Positions 36,608-53,399 are shown, counted from the first letter of the stretch. The stretch: DNA of 64,000 nt from Minisyncoccota bacterium (GCA_035546615.1 DASZWM010000006.1:1-64000); one strand, 5' to 3'. Translations and numbers: made by a program. The notes: generated by a model not told the origin, from the letters alone.

Positions 36608-38872
36608 ATGCGCTTAAAAAGCATCGAGCTGTCGGGCTTCAAGTCTTTTGCCAAAAAGACGACGCTTGAATTCGGCACGTCCATAACCTCCATCGTGGGC
36701 CCCAACGGCTCGGGCAAATCGAATACCGCCGAATCCTTCCGCTTCGTGCTCGGCGAGCAGTCGATGAAGTCGATGCGCGGGCGAAAAGGCGAGGACATGA
36801 TCTGGAACGGTTCGGCTTCGGTGCCGCGCGCGGGCCGCGCCAGCGTGAAGCTCATTTTCGACAACGCCGACCGGGCGCTCAATCTCGACTTCGACGAGGT
36901 GTCTATCGAGCGCGTCGTATACCGCGACGGCGGCAACGACTATCTGCTTAACGGCAGCCAGGTGCGCCTGCGCGATATTTCCGAGCTTTTGGCCCAGGCC
37001 AATATCGGCGCTTCCGGCCACCACATTATTTCCCAGGGCGAAGCAGACCGCGTGCTGACGGCGTCTTCCCGCGAGCGGCGCGAGATGATAGAGGACGCGC
37101 TGGGGCTGACCGCTTTTTTGTATAAGCGCGAGGAGGCCGAGCGCAAGCTCGAGAAGGCGGCGGAGAACATGCGCGAGGTGGGGGCCCTCAGGCGCGAGCT
37201 CATGCCGCATTTGAAGTTCCTCGCAAGCCAGGTAAAGAAAATAGAGGAGGCGCAGACGCTCAAAGACACGCTTGCGGAAAAGTTCGCCGAGTATCTGAAG
37301 CGGGAAAGCGTATATCTCGCCGCCGCCGAAGCGGAACTGAAGGAAGAAGAGGCCGCTCCGCATGCAGAGCACCGCGAGCTCGATTCCCGTATCGAACATC
37401 TTCGTCACGAGCTTGCGGGCAAGGGCAAGAAAGATGCTGAAACCCACGAACTCATCGCGCTTGAGGCAGAGGGCCGCACGCTCGCGGGAAAGCGCGATGC
37501 CCGGGCCCGCGAACTGGGGCGGGTGGAAGGCGAGATTGCCGCGCAGGAGCGCATGTCGCATGTAGTGGTGAGTACGGTGCCGATGGAGGAGGCAAATACA
37601 TTCGCTAACCGCGTGCAGGAAGAGCTTGAACTGTTTCTGACGCTCGAAGGCCAGCCGCTCAAGGCGCGGATACACGCGCTTGTCGTGCTTGCCAAGGACT
37701 TCCTGCGCCGCATCAAGGAGCGCGGCATGCCGCAGGGGACTAGCGTGGAATCGCTCAAGGCAAAGCATGCGGAGCTTGAACAGGAGCTGAAAGAACTCCA
37801 GGCCGGGGAAGCCCGCGTCGCCCGAGAGGTGGAAGCCCTGCGCCGCAAGATAGAAGGAGAAAAGGACGCTTCGCGCGAAGCGGAGCGCGAGCTCTTCCAG
37901 GCGATGGCAAAGCGCAGCGAGCTTGAGGTGGAACTTGCCCGTCTTAAGAACCGACGCGACATCCTGGCGCGCGAACGCGAGCAATTTAAGGCGGAAGTAA
38001 CTGAAGCAGGCGTTCTAGTAGGCCGCGCCGCGCTCGACTACGCCGACTACAGGGTGCAGGAAGGTTCCGGCGAAGCGGTTTCCGAGGCGGATATGGCAAG
38101 CGAGGAGCGCGGCGTGCAGTCCGACCGCCGCCGCAAGCTTGAGCGCATGAAGATAAAGCTTGAGGAAATAGGCGCGGGGAACTCGGAGGAAGTCTTGCGC
38201 GAGCACAAAGAGACGACCGAGCGGGACGAGTTCTTGGCACGCGAGCTGCTGGATCTTGAATCATCGTCCGAGAAGCTGCACGGCCTCATCAATGAGCTCA
38301 CCGCAACGCTTGAGACGCGCTTCTCCGAAGGCATCGAGAAGATAAATACCGAATTCGATACGTACTTCAAGCTCATGTTCGGCGGCGGCAACGCCAGCCT
38401 CACGCTTGTTAAGGAAAAGAAGGCGCGCCGCGCGGTGCCCACAGGCCTGCTCGGCGATTTTGAAGAGGACAGCGAACATGAAGAAACACGCGCTGATGCT
38501 GAGGAAGAGGATATAGAGGAGGGAATCGAGATAGCCGTTACCCTGCCGCACAAGCGCATCAAGGGCCTCCATATGCTCTCGGGCGGCGAACGCGCGCTTA
38601 CGTCCATCGCGCTCATATTCGCGATGAGCCAGGTCAACCCGCCCCCCTTCCTGATACTCGACGAGACCGACGCGGCGCTGGACGAGGCGAACTCGCGCCG
38701 CTATGGCGACATGATAGAGAATCTTGCCAAAAAGTCCCAGCTTATTTTGATAACGCACAACCGCGAGACCATGGCCCGCGCCGGCATCCTCTACGGAGTA
38801 ACGATGGGCAGCGACGGCGCGTCCAAGCTCTTGTCAGTCCGATTTGAAGACGCGCTCGCAGTGGCGAAATAA
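36608..38872 (+). CDS. smc: SMC-family chromosome segregation ATPase (short, ~754 aa)
   Basis: Walker A GPNGSGKSN at N-terminus; long coiled coils; C-terminal LSGGERALTSIAL signature + Walker B LILDETDAALD. Start moved to internal ATG (MRLKSIELSGFKSF). Confidence 0.8.
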   Translation: MRLKSIELSGFKSFAKKTTLEFGTSITSIVGPNGSGKSNTAESFRFVLGEQSMKSMRGRKGEDMIWNGSASVPRAGRASVKLIFDNADRALNLDFDEVSIERVVYRDGGNDYLLNGSQVRLRDISELLAQANIGASGHHIISQGEADRVLTASSRERREMIEDALGLTAFLYKREEAERKLEKAAENMREVGALRRELMPHLKFLASQVKKIEEAQTLKDTLAEKFAEYLKRESVYLAAAEAELKEEEAAPHAEHRELDSRIEHLRHELAGKGKKDAETHELIALEAEGRTLAGKRDARARELGRVEGEIAAQERMSHVVVSTVPMEEANTFANRVQEELELFLTLEGQPLKARIHALVVLAKDFLRRIKERGMPQGTSVESLKAKHAELEQELKELQAGEARVAREVEALRRKIEGEKDASREAERELFQAMAKRSELEVELARLKNRRDILAREREQFKAEVTEAGVLVGRAALDYADYRVQEGSGEAVSEADMASEERGVQSDRRRKLERMKIKLEEIGAGNSEEVLREHKETTERDEFLARELLDLESSSEKLHGLINELTATLETRFSEGIEKINTEFDTYFKLMFGGGNASLTLVKEKKARRAVPTGLLGDFEEDSEHEETRADAEEEDIEEGIEIAVTLPHKRIKGLHMLSGGERALTSIALIFAMSQVNPPPFLILDETDAALDEANSRRYGDMIENLAKKSQLILITHNRETMARAGILYGVTMGSDGASKLLSVRFEDALAVAK

Positions 38873-38943
38873 AAAAGCCGTGGTATAAAAGTAAGAATTC
38901 CGCGAATTTGGGCGGAAGCGAACATTTCCTAGGGAGAATCTAG

Positions 38944-39174
38944 ATGCAGCAGGCTCCGGTAGAGGTGCAGACCGCTGACGGGTCGTTCCTTGTCTCGAAA
39001 ATCGGGTACGAGCAGTTTCGGTGTCAACGCCAGACGCCCGAAGGGATCGTCGACGTTAATTACTGGAACGACATTCCCAGCAGCTCTTGGCCCCCGATCC
39101 AGCGGGCTGTTGAAGATCTTGCGCGCAGTCCGGCATTTCCTCCGGCTGCCAACACTAACCTCCGCTGGGATTAG
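38944..39174 (+). CDS. Hypothetical protein
   Basis: ORF followed by GC hairpin + T-run terminator (~39193..39230). Confidence 0.35.
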   Translation: MQQAPVEVQTADGSFLVSKIGYEQFRCQRQTPEGIVDVNYWNDIPSSSWPPIQRAVEDLARSPAFPPAANTNLRWD

Positions 39175-39242
39175 TCCGGTTCGAAATTCAAGGGTGCGGG
39201 CCGCAAGGCCCGCCCTTTTCTTTTTGACCCCTGGCGCATTCT

Positions 39243-39602
39243 ATGAAACAGTGGGAAGCGGCTGAATCGTTGGCAAGGAGAATGAGCATGCTGCAAAGAA
39301 TGCATGAGCCGGTGCCGTCAGCCGATATGGCAACGGGGCCCTATCTGGAAACAAGATCGGCCGAGGACGGCAAGCTCTACCGTTTGGTAGCCGCTCAGGG
39401 CGCCATCACCGCCTATGTTCACAACCGCGCTTTCGGCGCGTGGGAGCCGGTGAGTATTATTCCGCGCGACATGCGTGCGTTCGCGAGCCGGATGAGCGCT
39501 ACCCCGCAGGAAAACCGGTTCACGGAAGGCCGGTCCATCTTGTCCTTCAACCAGAAAAATTGGATAGGCAACAAGATGGCCAAAGACTATTACGGGCGCT
39601 AA
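39243..39602 (+). CDS. Hypothetical protein
   Basis: ORF followed by bidirectional terminator 39617..39650. Confidence 0.35.
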   Translation: MKQWEAAESLARRMSMLQRMHEPVPSADMATGPYLETRSAEDGKLYRLVAAQGAITAYVHNRAFGAWEPVSIIPRDMRAFASRMSATPQENRFTEGRSILSFNQKNWIGNKMAKDYYGR

Positions 39603-39616
39603 TAATGCCCGTAACC

Positions 39617-39650
39617 GGGACGCCCGCGCAACAGCGCGGGCGTCCTTTCT
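39617..39650. terminator. Bidirectional terminator GGACGCCCGCG-caaca-GCGCGGGCGTCC + T-run
   Basis: Between convergent hypothetical gene and rnr. Confidence 0.6.
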
Positions 39651-39652
39651 TT

Positions 39653-41614
39653 TTATTTTACCAATTCGAAATCCAGCTGGCGGCTGCCGAGGTCGGCTGC
39701 GACCAGCTTAACCTTCACTTTGTCGCCGAGCGTGTATTTCTGCTTCGTGCGCTGGCCTATGAGCGCGTACTCCTTTGCGGAGTAGTTATAAAAATCATTG
39801 CCTATGGTACGCACGCGCACGAGGCCTTCGGCGGCGGACTCCTTATCTTCCACGTACAGGCCCCAGTCGGTCACGCCGGAAATCACGCCCTCGAATGTTT
39901 GGCCAATTTTCCCCATCATGAACTCCACCTGCTTGTAGCGGATGGATTCGCGCTCGGCGTCAACGGCTTCGGCTTCGCGGGCGGAAGCTGCGATGCACAT
40001 CTTCTCCAGGTTTCCGTATTCCGTGCGGGTCATAGGCTTGCCGTCCAAATGGCTGGCGAGGATGCGGTGCGCGAGCATGTCCGGGTAGCGGCGGATGGGG
40101 GAGGTGAAGTGCGTGTAGTAATCGAACGCGAGACCGAAGTGCCCGATGTTCTTGGTCGAGTAAATAGCCTTGGCCATAGAGCGAAGGGTGGCGGTGCGGA
40201 TAAGATGCTCCTCCGGCTTGCCCTGGATATCCTTCAAAAGCTTCCCGATGTCGCGCGCGGATTTCTTCTTTTGCGTATTGAATTCGTAGCCTATCGCGCG
40301 CACGAACGTGGAAAGCTCCTCGATGCGGTCCTCTTTCGGCTGGTCGTGGATGCGGTAGAGGAAGACATAATTTTTTTCCGGAAGCTTTTCCGCAAGCTTC
40401 GATACGTACAGCGCAACTTCGCGGTTCGCCAAAAGCATGAACTCCTCGATCATGAGCATTGTCTCGATGCGGACCTTGCGGATGACCTTGAGCGGCTTTC
40501 CGGATTCGTCGAGCACGAATTTCACTTCGTTGTCGCCGAAGTCTATCGCGCCTTCCTTCTCGCGCTCGCGGCGCAGTATCCGCGCCAGCGCCCGCATCTG
40601 GCCGAGCTCTTCCACATAGGGGCCTTTGCCCGCATTCAAAACTTCCTGCGCCTCCTCGTAGGTAAAGCGTTTGTTGGACCGAATGACCGACTTCGTAAAG
40701 CGGCGGTCGAGCACCTCCGCCTGCGCGTTCATGCGGAATACCGCGGAGAACGCGAGCCGGTCCTCGTCGGCCTTGAGGCTGGCGATGCCGGCCGAAAGGC
40801 TGTGGGGAAGCATGGGAATGGTCGCGTCTACCAGGTACACGCTTGTGCCGCGCTTCACGGCCTCCTCGTCCAGGGCGGTCCCGGGGCGCACGAAGTGCGT
40901 GGCATCGGCGATATGCACGCCTATCTCGAACTCGCCGTTCGGGAGCGGCTTAACCGAAATGGCATCGTCGAAGTCCTTCGCGTCGGCCGGGTCGATAGTG
41001 AAGGTTGTCGTGTCGCGAAAGTCTTCCCGCTTAGGAAGCTCTTCCTCGATTATTTTCGCATGATTAGCCTCAAGTTCGCGCGCCTCGGCTTCCGCCGCTT
41101 CGGGAAATTCGGTGCGGAAGCCGTGCTCGAGCACGATGGCGTTCATCTCCACCCGGTGCTCGCCCGCGCGGCCCAGGTGCTGAGTTATGGAGCCGACCGG
41201 GTCGGTCTTTCCGTCAAAAGATATCAAATGCACGATGACCTTCTCTCCCTCCTCGTATTTGCTGTCGTCCGACAGCGTGATGGGGCGGTAGAATTTCACG
41301 TCCGCAGGCACGGCAACGATGCGGCCGCCTTGCTGGCGCAGCGTTGCGACGAAGTCTTCTTTGGCGCGGGCAACAATTTTTACCATCTTGCCTTTGGGGC
41401 GGGGGAATAGGCCCAGCACTTCTGCTTCGACAGTGTCGCCATTGAGCGCCCCAGACAGGTCGGGAGTCTGTATCTCTATATCCTCCTTCTCAGGGTCCTC
41501 AGGCCACGAAAGATAACCGACGCCTTTGCGGGTTACTTGGACGATTCCGGAAATGGTCTTCTTCTTGCCCGCTTGGGGGGCCGGTTTCTTGCTAGGAGGC
41601 ATTAACCCGCGCAC
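39653..41614 (-). CDS. rnr: Ribonuclease R / RNase II family 3'-5' exoribonuclease
   Basis: RNB domain motifs (FTIDPADAKDFDDAISV), cold-shock/S1-like flanks, K-rich N-terminus; 653 aa. Confidence 0.85.
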   Translation of the reverse strand: MRGLMPPSKKPAPQAGKKKTISGIVQVTRKGVGYLSWPEDPEKEDIEIQTPDLSGALNGDTVEAEVLGLFPRPKGKMVKIVARAKEDFVATLRQQGGRIVAVPADVKFYRPITLSDDSKYEEGEKVIVHLISFDGKTDPVGSITQHLGRAGEHRVEMNAIVLEHGFRTEFPEAAEAEARELEANHAKIIEEELPKREDFRDTTTFTIDPADAKDFDDAISVKPLPNGEFEIGVHIADATHFVRPGTALDEEAVKRGTSVYLVDATIPMLPHSLSAGIASLKADEDRLAFSAVFRMNAQAEVLDRRFTKSVIRSNKRFTYEEAQEVLNAGKGPYVEELGQMRALARILRREREKEGAIDFGDNEVKFVLDESGKPLKVIRKVRIETMLMIEEFMLLANREVALYVSKLAEKLPEKNYVFLYRIHDQPKEDRIEELSTFVRAIGYEFNTQKKKSARDIGKLLKDIQGKPEEHLIRTATLRSMAKAIYSTKNIGHFGLAFDYYTHFTSPIRRYPDMLAHRILASHLDGKPMTRTEYGNLEKMCIAASAREAEAVDAERESIRYKQVEFMMGKIGQTFEGVISGVTDWGLYVEDKESAAEGLVRVRTIGNDFYNYSAKEYALIGQRTKQKYTLGDKVKVKLVAADLGSRQLDFELVK

Positions 41615-41687
41615 TATACCACGGTTGACCGAATATATCTACTCTGATACAGTATGAGCCAAGCCCGAGAGGGCCTATTTTTAAGAA

Positions 41688-42122
41688 ATGCTTACCATCC
41701 GACTCCAGCGCCGCGGACGCAAGAACGACCCGTCTTTCCGGGTTATTCTCGTTGAGTCCAAGCGTGCAGCAAAGACCGGCAGCTTCCAGGAGGTCCTCGG
41801 CTCATACGACCCGCGCGTTGACCGCACCGACCTCAAGGCCGACCGCATCAAGCACTGGATAGGCATGGGCGCGACCGTTTCCGACACCGTGCACAACATC
41901 CTCATCAATCAGAAAGTCATCGAGGGCAAGAAGATAAACGTGCTCCCGCGCAAGAGCCCGCCGAAGAAGGCGGAAGAGGCGGCTGCAGCCGCTCCCGCAG
42001 CAGAAGCGGCAGCTCCTGAAGCAGCCGAGACCACTGAAGAAAAGGCAGAGGCGACGTCTCCCGAGGCAAAAGCGGAAGAAGCTGTGAATACCGAGGTTGC
42101 TGAGGAAACTCCCGCACAATAG
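41688..42122 (+). CDS. rpsP: 30S ribosomal protein S16 with K/A/E-rich C-terminal extension
   Basis: MLTIRLQRRGRKNDPSFRVILVESKRA S16 signature. Confidence 0.9.
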   Translation: MLTIRLQRRGRKNDPSFRVILVESKRAAKTGSFQEVLGSYDPRVDRTDLKADRIKHWIGMGATVSDTVHNILINQKVIEGKKINVLPRKSPPKKAEEAAAAAPAAEAAAPEAAETTEEKAEATSPEAKAEEAVNTEVAEETPAQ

Positions 42123-42235
42123 AATAGAGGCAGGGATTTATCATCAAACGAGTGAGGAACAAAAACGAGTTTTTGATTCCGAGCGAGAGCAGATGATACA
42201 GATTTCCTAATCTTTAATAAACTAAATATACTGAA

Positions 42236-42622
42236 ATGGCAGCAGAGAGAGATCAGGAGTTTTTGGAATTTGTCGTAAAAGGTCTTGTCGAGAATCCGGA
42301 CGCGGTTAAGATAACTCGCGCCGTAGACGAAATGGGCGTTCTTTTGACGCTCGACCTCCATCCGGATGACATGGGCAAGGTTATCGGCCGCTCGGGCAAT
42401 ACCGCCAAGGCAATACGCACGCTTCTTCGCGTCGTTGGCATGAAGCACAATGCCCGCGTGAACCTTAAGATAAACGAACCGGCAGGAGGGCTTCGCGATC
42501 CTGCTATGAGCGCTCCGAGCGGCGGCAGCGCTGCCCAGGGCTGGGACGGCAGCCACGAGGCTCCCGCAACCCCTGCGATGAAGTCGGTGGACGAGGCGAT
42601 GGACGAGCTCTCAAAGTTCTAA
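42236..42622 (+). CDS. KH-domain RNA-binding protein (YlqC-like) with C-terminal extension
   Basis: GKVIGRSGNTAKAIRTLLRVVG KH motif; classic position downstream of rpsP. Confidence 0.75.
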   Translation: MAAERDQEFLEFVVKGLVENPDAVKITRAVDEMGVLLTLDLHPDDMGKVIGRSGNTAKAIRTLLRVVGMKHNARVNLKINEPAGGLRDPAMSAPSGGSAAQGWDGSHEAPATPAMKSVDEAMDELSKF

Positions 42623-42660
42623 TCTCAGATATTTTAGCAAAGGCCGCCGCAAGGCGGCTT

Positions 42661-43500
42661 TTGCTTTTCCCGCCCTCCTTTATACTGTGGAGTATGTATC
42701 CTCCTGTTTCTGACCTGCTCGCAGAGCTCTCTTTATTTCCCGGAAGGGAAGACGGCTTGCGGAAAATTAAAAGGTATAGCAATGAGAAAGTAGCTTTTTA
42801 CCGCTCTTCTGATTTTTCTCATAGCAAGAGAGTGGCGTGGCTTGTATATAGTCTCATCCCATTATTATCAGAGGTAGATAAGACTTTTGATATAGGGCGC
42901 GCTGTGGCTATGGCGCTCGTGCACGACGATGCTGAACTGATAACGGGTGATCATCAAGCTGGTAATAAAAGCAAAATGACCAAAGAGCAGCTTGCTGCAA
43001 TTGCTGACGAAGAACGTGAAGCGATTGCCGCTTTGGCAAAGAGATATCCAAAAACTCTCGGCGGATATGTCTATCAGGACCTAGTACAAGATCTCGCTGA
43101 TCTAAAGAATTCTGAAGCTCATTTTGTTAAGTACTTTGATCGTTTTGATGCTTTGGGGGAGACTTACCATGAACTCTTTGCAGGGAATGTGGTTTGGACG
43201 CAAAACGTAGTTAATGAGTGGGGCATCATTCCCACACCTTTTATGTATTACTACGATAGGCTGCCGCCCATGGTTGAGAAGTATCCGATCCTGACTGCTT
43301 TAAAAGGAAAACATGTATTCTTCGATGTCCCTGAAGCCAGAGAATGGGAATCATTTGTCCTGACTCGTCAGCCTCATACAAAGGATTCAATACTTGCGTC
43401 TACTGGTCATAGGCAATATGATGCCTGGCGCTCTGTTGTTATTGATTCTGCAGATCAAGAAGAAATCGCAAATCTCTACTCTCAACAAGAATACCTATGA
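42661..43500 (+). CDS. HD-domain phosphohydrolase (YfbR/5'-deoxynucleotidase-like), AT-rich insert
   Basis: H...HD motif (ALVHDDAELITGDH); gene visibly AT-rich relative to flanks; stop overlaps trmD start (ATGA). Confidence 0.65.
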   Translation: MLFPPSFILWSMYPPVSDLLAELSLFPGREDGLRKIKRYSNEKVAFYRSSDFSHSKRVAWLVYSLIPLLSEVDKTFDIGRAVAMALVHDDAELITGDHQAGNKSKMTKEQLAAIADEEREAIAALAKRYPKTLGGYVYQDLVQDLADLKNSEAHFVKYFDRFDALGETYHELFAGNVVWTQNVVNEWGIIPTPFMYYYDRLPPMVEKYPILTALKGKHVFFDVPEAREWESFVLTRQPHTKDSILASTGHRQYDAWRSVVIDSADQEEIANLYSQQEYL

Positions 43501-44153
43501 ATTTCCATGTCGTAACGCTTTTTCCGGAAGTTATCGAGGCCTATACGAACGCTTCGATACTGGGCCGTGCCCAGAAAGAGAAGAAGTTTTCCGTTAAGAC
43601 CTACCAGCTGCGCGATTTCGTCAGCAATAAATGGGGCAAGGTAGACGAGCGCCCATACGGCGGCGGCCCGGGCATGGTTATCCAGGCCGAGCCGGTCATC
43701 AGGGCAGTCCAGAAAATATCTGGACTTACGAAGTCCAGAATTCGGCCGAAGGTCATTATTACTGCGGCAGGCGGCAAGCCTTTGACCAACGCGTATGCCA
43801 AAGCGCTTTTGAAGCAAAAGGACGTCATAATCGTTTGCGGCAGGTACGAAGGCATCGACGCCCGGGCAAAAAAAGTGCTCAAGGCCGAAGAAGTCTCCGT
43901 TGGGCCGTACATTCTGACCGGGGGCGAGGTTCCGGCCTTGGCAATCATTGATGCGACCGCTCGGCAGATAAAGGGCGTTTTGGGCAAGTTCGAGTCCCTC
44001 GAGGAGTCCCGGGTCGCAAGCCACGAGATATACACCCGCCCCGAGGTCCTGAAAGCAAAAGGAAAGAACTACGCGGTCCCGAAGGTCCTCCTCTCCGGCC
44101 ATCATGCAAAGATGGACCAGTGGAAAGAAAAGAAACGCAGCAAACCCCTATAA
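43497..44153 (+). CDS. trmD: tRNA (guanine37-N1)-methyltransferase
   Basis: MNFHVVTLFPEV...; RPYGGGPGMV; CGRYEGIDAR SPOUT-knot motifs. Confidence 0.9.
   Translation: MNFHVVTLFPEVIEAYTNASILGRAQKEKKFSVKTYQLRDFVSNKWGKVDERPYGGGPGMVIQAEPVIRAVQKISGLTKSRIRPKVIITAAGGKPLTNAYAKALLKQKDVIIVCGRYEGIDARAKKVLKAEEVSVGPYILTGGEVPALAIIDATARQIKGVLGKFESLEESRVASHEIYTRPEVLKAKGKNYAVPKVLLSGHHAKMDQWKEKKRSKPL
43719..43739. repeat. Palindromic element copy TCTGGACTTACGAAGTCCAGA inside trmD (codes ISGLTKSRI)
   Basis: Identical 21-nt core and identical reading frame as the pheT copy. Confidence 0.9.
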
Positions 44154-44171
44154 ATAGGGGTGGATAGCCCC

Positions 44172-44199
44172 TTGACGGGCCTTCCCAGGCGCGTATACT
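44172..44199 (+). promoter_or_regulatory. Putative promoter TTGACG-16-TATACT upstream of rpoBC
   Basis: Consensus-like hexamers; followed by an inverted repeat TGTATCGA-N10-TCGATACA (44233..44258). Confidence 0.4.
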
Positions 44200-44315
44200 G
44201 GTATATGAAACCAAAGCGGGGCAGATGATTGTGTATCGAGTGGCGCGGTTTCGATACAAACAGTGGTGAGTGCATCCACCTAAATATTGCTTGAGAAATC
44301 GGGCAAGGGAGCTTC

Positions 44316-51293
<6,978 letters not shown>

Positions 51294-51343
51294 GAAGAAA
51301 GCCACTAGCCACTAGGGTATAGCCAATAGCAAATAAAAAAGCG

Positions 51344-51376
51344 AACGGGCGCGGAGTTTTTAATTCCGCGCCCGTT
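51344..51376. terminator. Bidirectional terminator AACGGGCGCGGA-gttttta-TCCGCGCCCGTT between rpoBC and a minus-strand small ORF
   Basis: 12-bp stem; A-run upstream, T-run on the minus-strand side. Confidence 0.55.
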
Positions 51377-51390
51377 TGGCGTACATGAGG

Positions 51391-51633
51391 CTACGTCCGG
51401 GTGCTCTTGATGAGTTTTTCGACCTTCTCGAAGATACCCAGGATGAGCAGAGGAATGGCAATGCTCAGAGAAATGGTCCCCCAGACAAACGCGTCCATCG
51501 CCTGCTCTGGGGGCACAGTCATGAACATCGCCCGTGCGACTGTAATCCCTATTCCCACCGCCCCACAAATGATATATATCATGGCCAAATTCTCCTTCTG
51601 TTGGCCGACTATATATGCATAGTGTACACCCAA
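51391..51633 (-). CDS. Small hypothetical membrane protein
   Basis: 2 TM; hairpin + T-run terminator downstream on minus strand (51344..51376). Confidence 0.35.
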   Translation of the reverse strand: MGVHYAYIVGQQKENLAMIYIICGAVGIGITVARAMFMTVPPEQAMDAFVWGTISLSIAIPLLILGIFEKVEKLIKSTRT

Positions 51634-51678
51634 AGATGTATTTTGTCAAGTGGTATACTAAAGCGGTAAACTCTATAT

Positions 51679-53292
51679 ATGGACTCCCAGGTACAGCAAA
51701 TTAAGGACAAGCTCAATATCACCGATGTTATCGGCGAGTATATCCAGCTCAAGCGCTCCGGCCGCACCTACACGGCGCGCTGCCCTTTCCATAAGGAGAA
51801 GACGCCGAGCTTCCATGTCTCGGCCGAGCGCGGCACCTACAAGTGCTTCGGCTGCGGCGAAGGCGGCGATATCTTCACCTTTGTGGAGAAGATGGAAGGC
51901 ATAGACTTTCCGACCGCGCTTAAGCAATTGGCCGACAAAGCCGGGATTAAGCTTGAGCGCCAAGCTGTGCCGAATCCGGAACACAAGGAGCGCGACGAGC
52001 GCTTGCGGGAAGTGTGCGAGGAGGCGGTGAAATTCTTCGAATCCGTGCTCGCGAAGCGCTCTGACGTACGGGACTATCTGCATGCCCGCGGCGTGCACGA
52101 TGAGACTATAGCGAGCTGGCGGCTTGGCTACGCTCCGGCGGCATGGGAAGAGCTTTCAAAGCACCTGCTCATGCGCGGATTCTCGAAAGACGACATCGCT
52201 GATGCCGGCTTCGGCGTGAAGTCGGAGAAAAAGCCCGGCGAGATATTTGATCGCTTCCGCGGCCGCATCATGTTCCCGATATTCGACGCCGCCGGGCAGC
52301 CTATCGCGGTGTCGGGGCGCTTCTTCGAAAAGGTTCCGGGCCAGAAGGACGATGTGGAGCCGGCCAAGTATGTGAACAGTCCCGAAACATCGCTCTTCAA
52401 AAAATCGAAAACGCTCTACGGCTACGACCGGGCGAAGAATGCTATCCGCAAGGCCGACTGCATTCTCTTGGTCGAGGGCCAGTTCGATCTTATCTTATCC
52501 CACCAATCCGGGCTGCCGTTCACGGTGGCGCTTTCGGGCACCGCGCTCACTCCCGAGCATTTGTCGCTTCTTGGCAGGCTCTCCAAGCGCCTGGTATTGG
52601 CGCTCGATGCCGACGAGGCGGGCATACGCGCCGGTCTGCGCAGCGCGCAGATGGCCATCGCGGCGGGCTTCGACGTGAAAGTGCCGACCTTCCCGCAGGG
52701 CAAGGACCCGGCGGACGTGGCGCGCGAGAATCCGGAGCTGCTGAAGCAGGCAATACGCACGTCCCAGACCGCTGTTGAATTCTTTCTCGCCGCGCTCAGG
52801 CCTGCCGCGCGCGACGAACGGGCGTACGCCAAGCTGGTGGAAGCGCAGGTGGTGCCGCTTATTGCCGTAATGGGGAGCGCGATAGAGCAGGAACAGTTCG
52901 CGCGCATCGTTGCAAGCAAGCTCGGCGTGTCCGACGCCGCCGTACGAGCTTCTGTTGCAAAGGCGCCAAAGACTCCTTTTGAGCCCAGCACCACTTCACC
53001 GGAAACTCAGCCGCAAAGCGCAGACTCGATAGCGGGCTTCGAGCGCAAAGCGGGAATGCTTCTCTTCCGCTTCGGGACGGAGTCCGACATCGGCCGGCAG
53101 CTCTCGGAACTGCTCGGGCCTGAGCGTATTGCCGCCCTTGAGCAGACCCTTGCGCCCCGAAGCGAGGAGCTGCGTTTTATGTTCGACAGGGAAGTGGGCG
53201 AGCACTCGAGCGAAGAGGCCATAGCCAAGGATATGCTCGATGCCATAGGCGCCGTGGTGGCGAAGGAGCGTTTCAAAATGAAATTTGTGTGA
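51679..53292 (+). CDS. dnaG: DNA primase
   Basis: Zinc-ribbon CPFHKEKTPSFHV...CFGCG; Toprim EGQFD/DADEAG; 537 aa. Confidence 0.9.
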   Translation: MDSQVQQIKDKLNITDVIGEYIQLKRSGRTYTARCPFHKEKTPSFHVSAERGTYKCFGCGEGGDIFTFVEKMEGIDFPTALKQLADKAGIKLERQAVPNPEHKERDERLREVCEEAVKFFESVLAKRSDVRDYLHARGVHDETIASWRLGYAPAAWEELSKHLLMRGFSKDDIADAGFGVKSEKKPGEIFDRFRGRIMFPIFDAAGQPIAVSGRFFEKVPGQKDDVEPAKYVNSPETSLFKKSKTLYGYDRAKNAIRKADCILLVEGQFDLILSHQSGLPFTVALSGTALTPEHLSLLGRLSKRLVLALDADEAGIRAGLRSAQMAIAAGFDVKVPTFPQGKDPADVARENPELLKQAIRTSQTAVEFFLAALRPAARDERAYAKLVEAQVVPLIAVMGSAIEQEQFARIVASKLGVSDAAVRASVAKAPKTPFEPSTTSPETQPQSADSIAGFERKAGMLLFRFGTESDIGRQLSELLGPERIAALEQTLAPRSEELRFMFDREVGEHSSEEAIAKDMLDAIGAVVAKERFKMKFV

Positions 53293-53302
53293 TAAAAACT
53301 CC

Positions 53303-53330
53303 GGTATATGCAGTGTGCCCTGCATATACC
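53303..53330. other. Perfect 11-bp-stem hairpin GGTATATGCAG-tgtgcc-CTGCATATACC after dnaG, no T-run
   Basis: Read directly; lies between dnaG and the rpoD promoter region. Confidence 0.4.
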
Positions 53331-53399
53331 CGTCGCGGCGTTCGCAAATAAAGGAGGCCTTTATTTTCTCACTTTGCTAGGGTATAATATCTCCCATCA

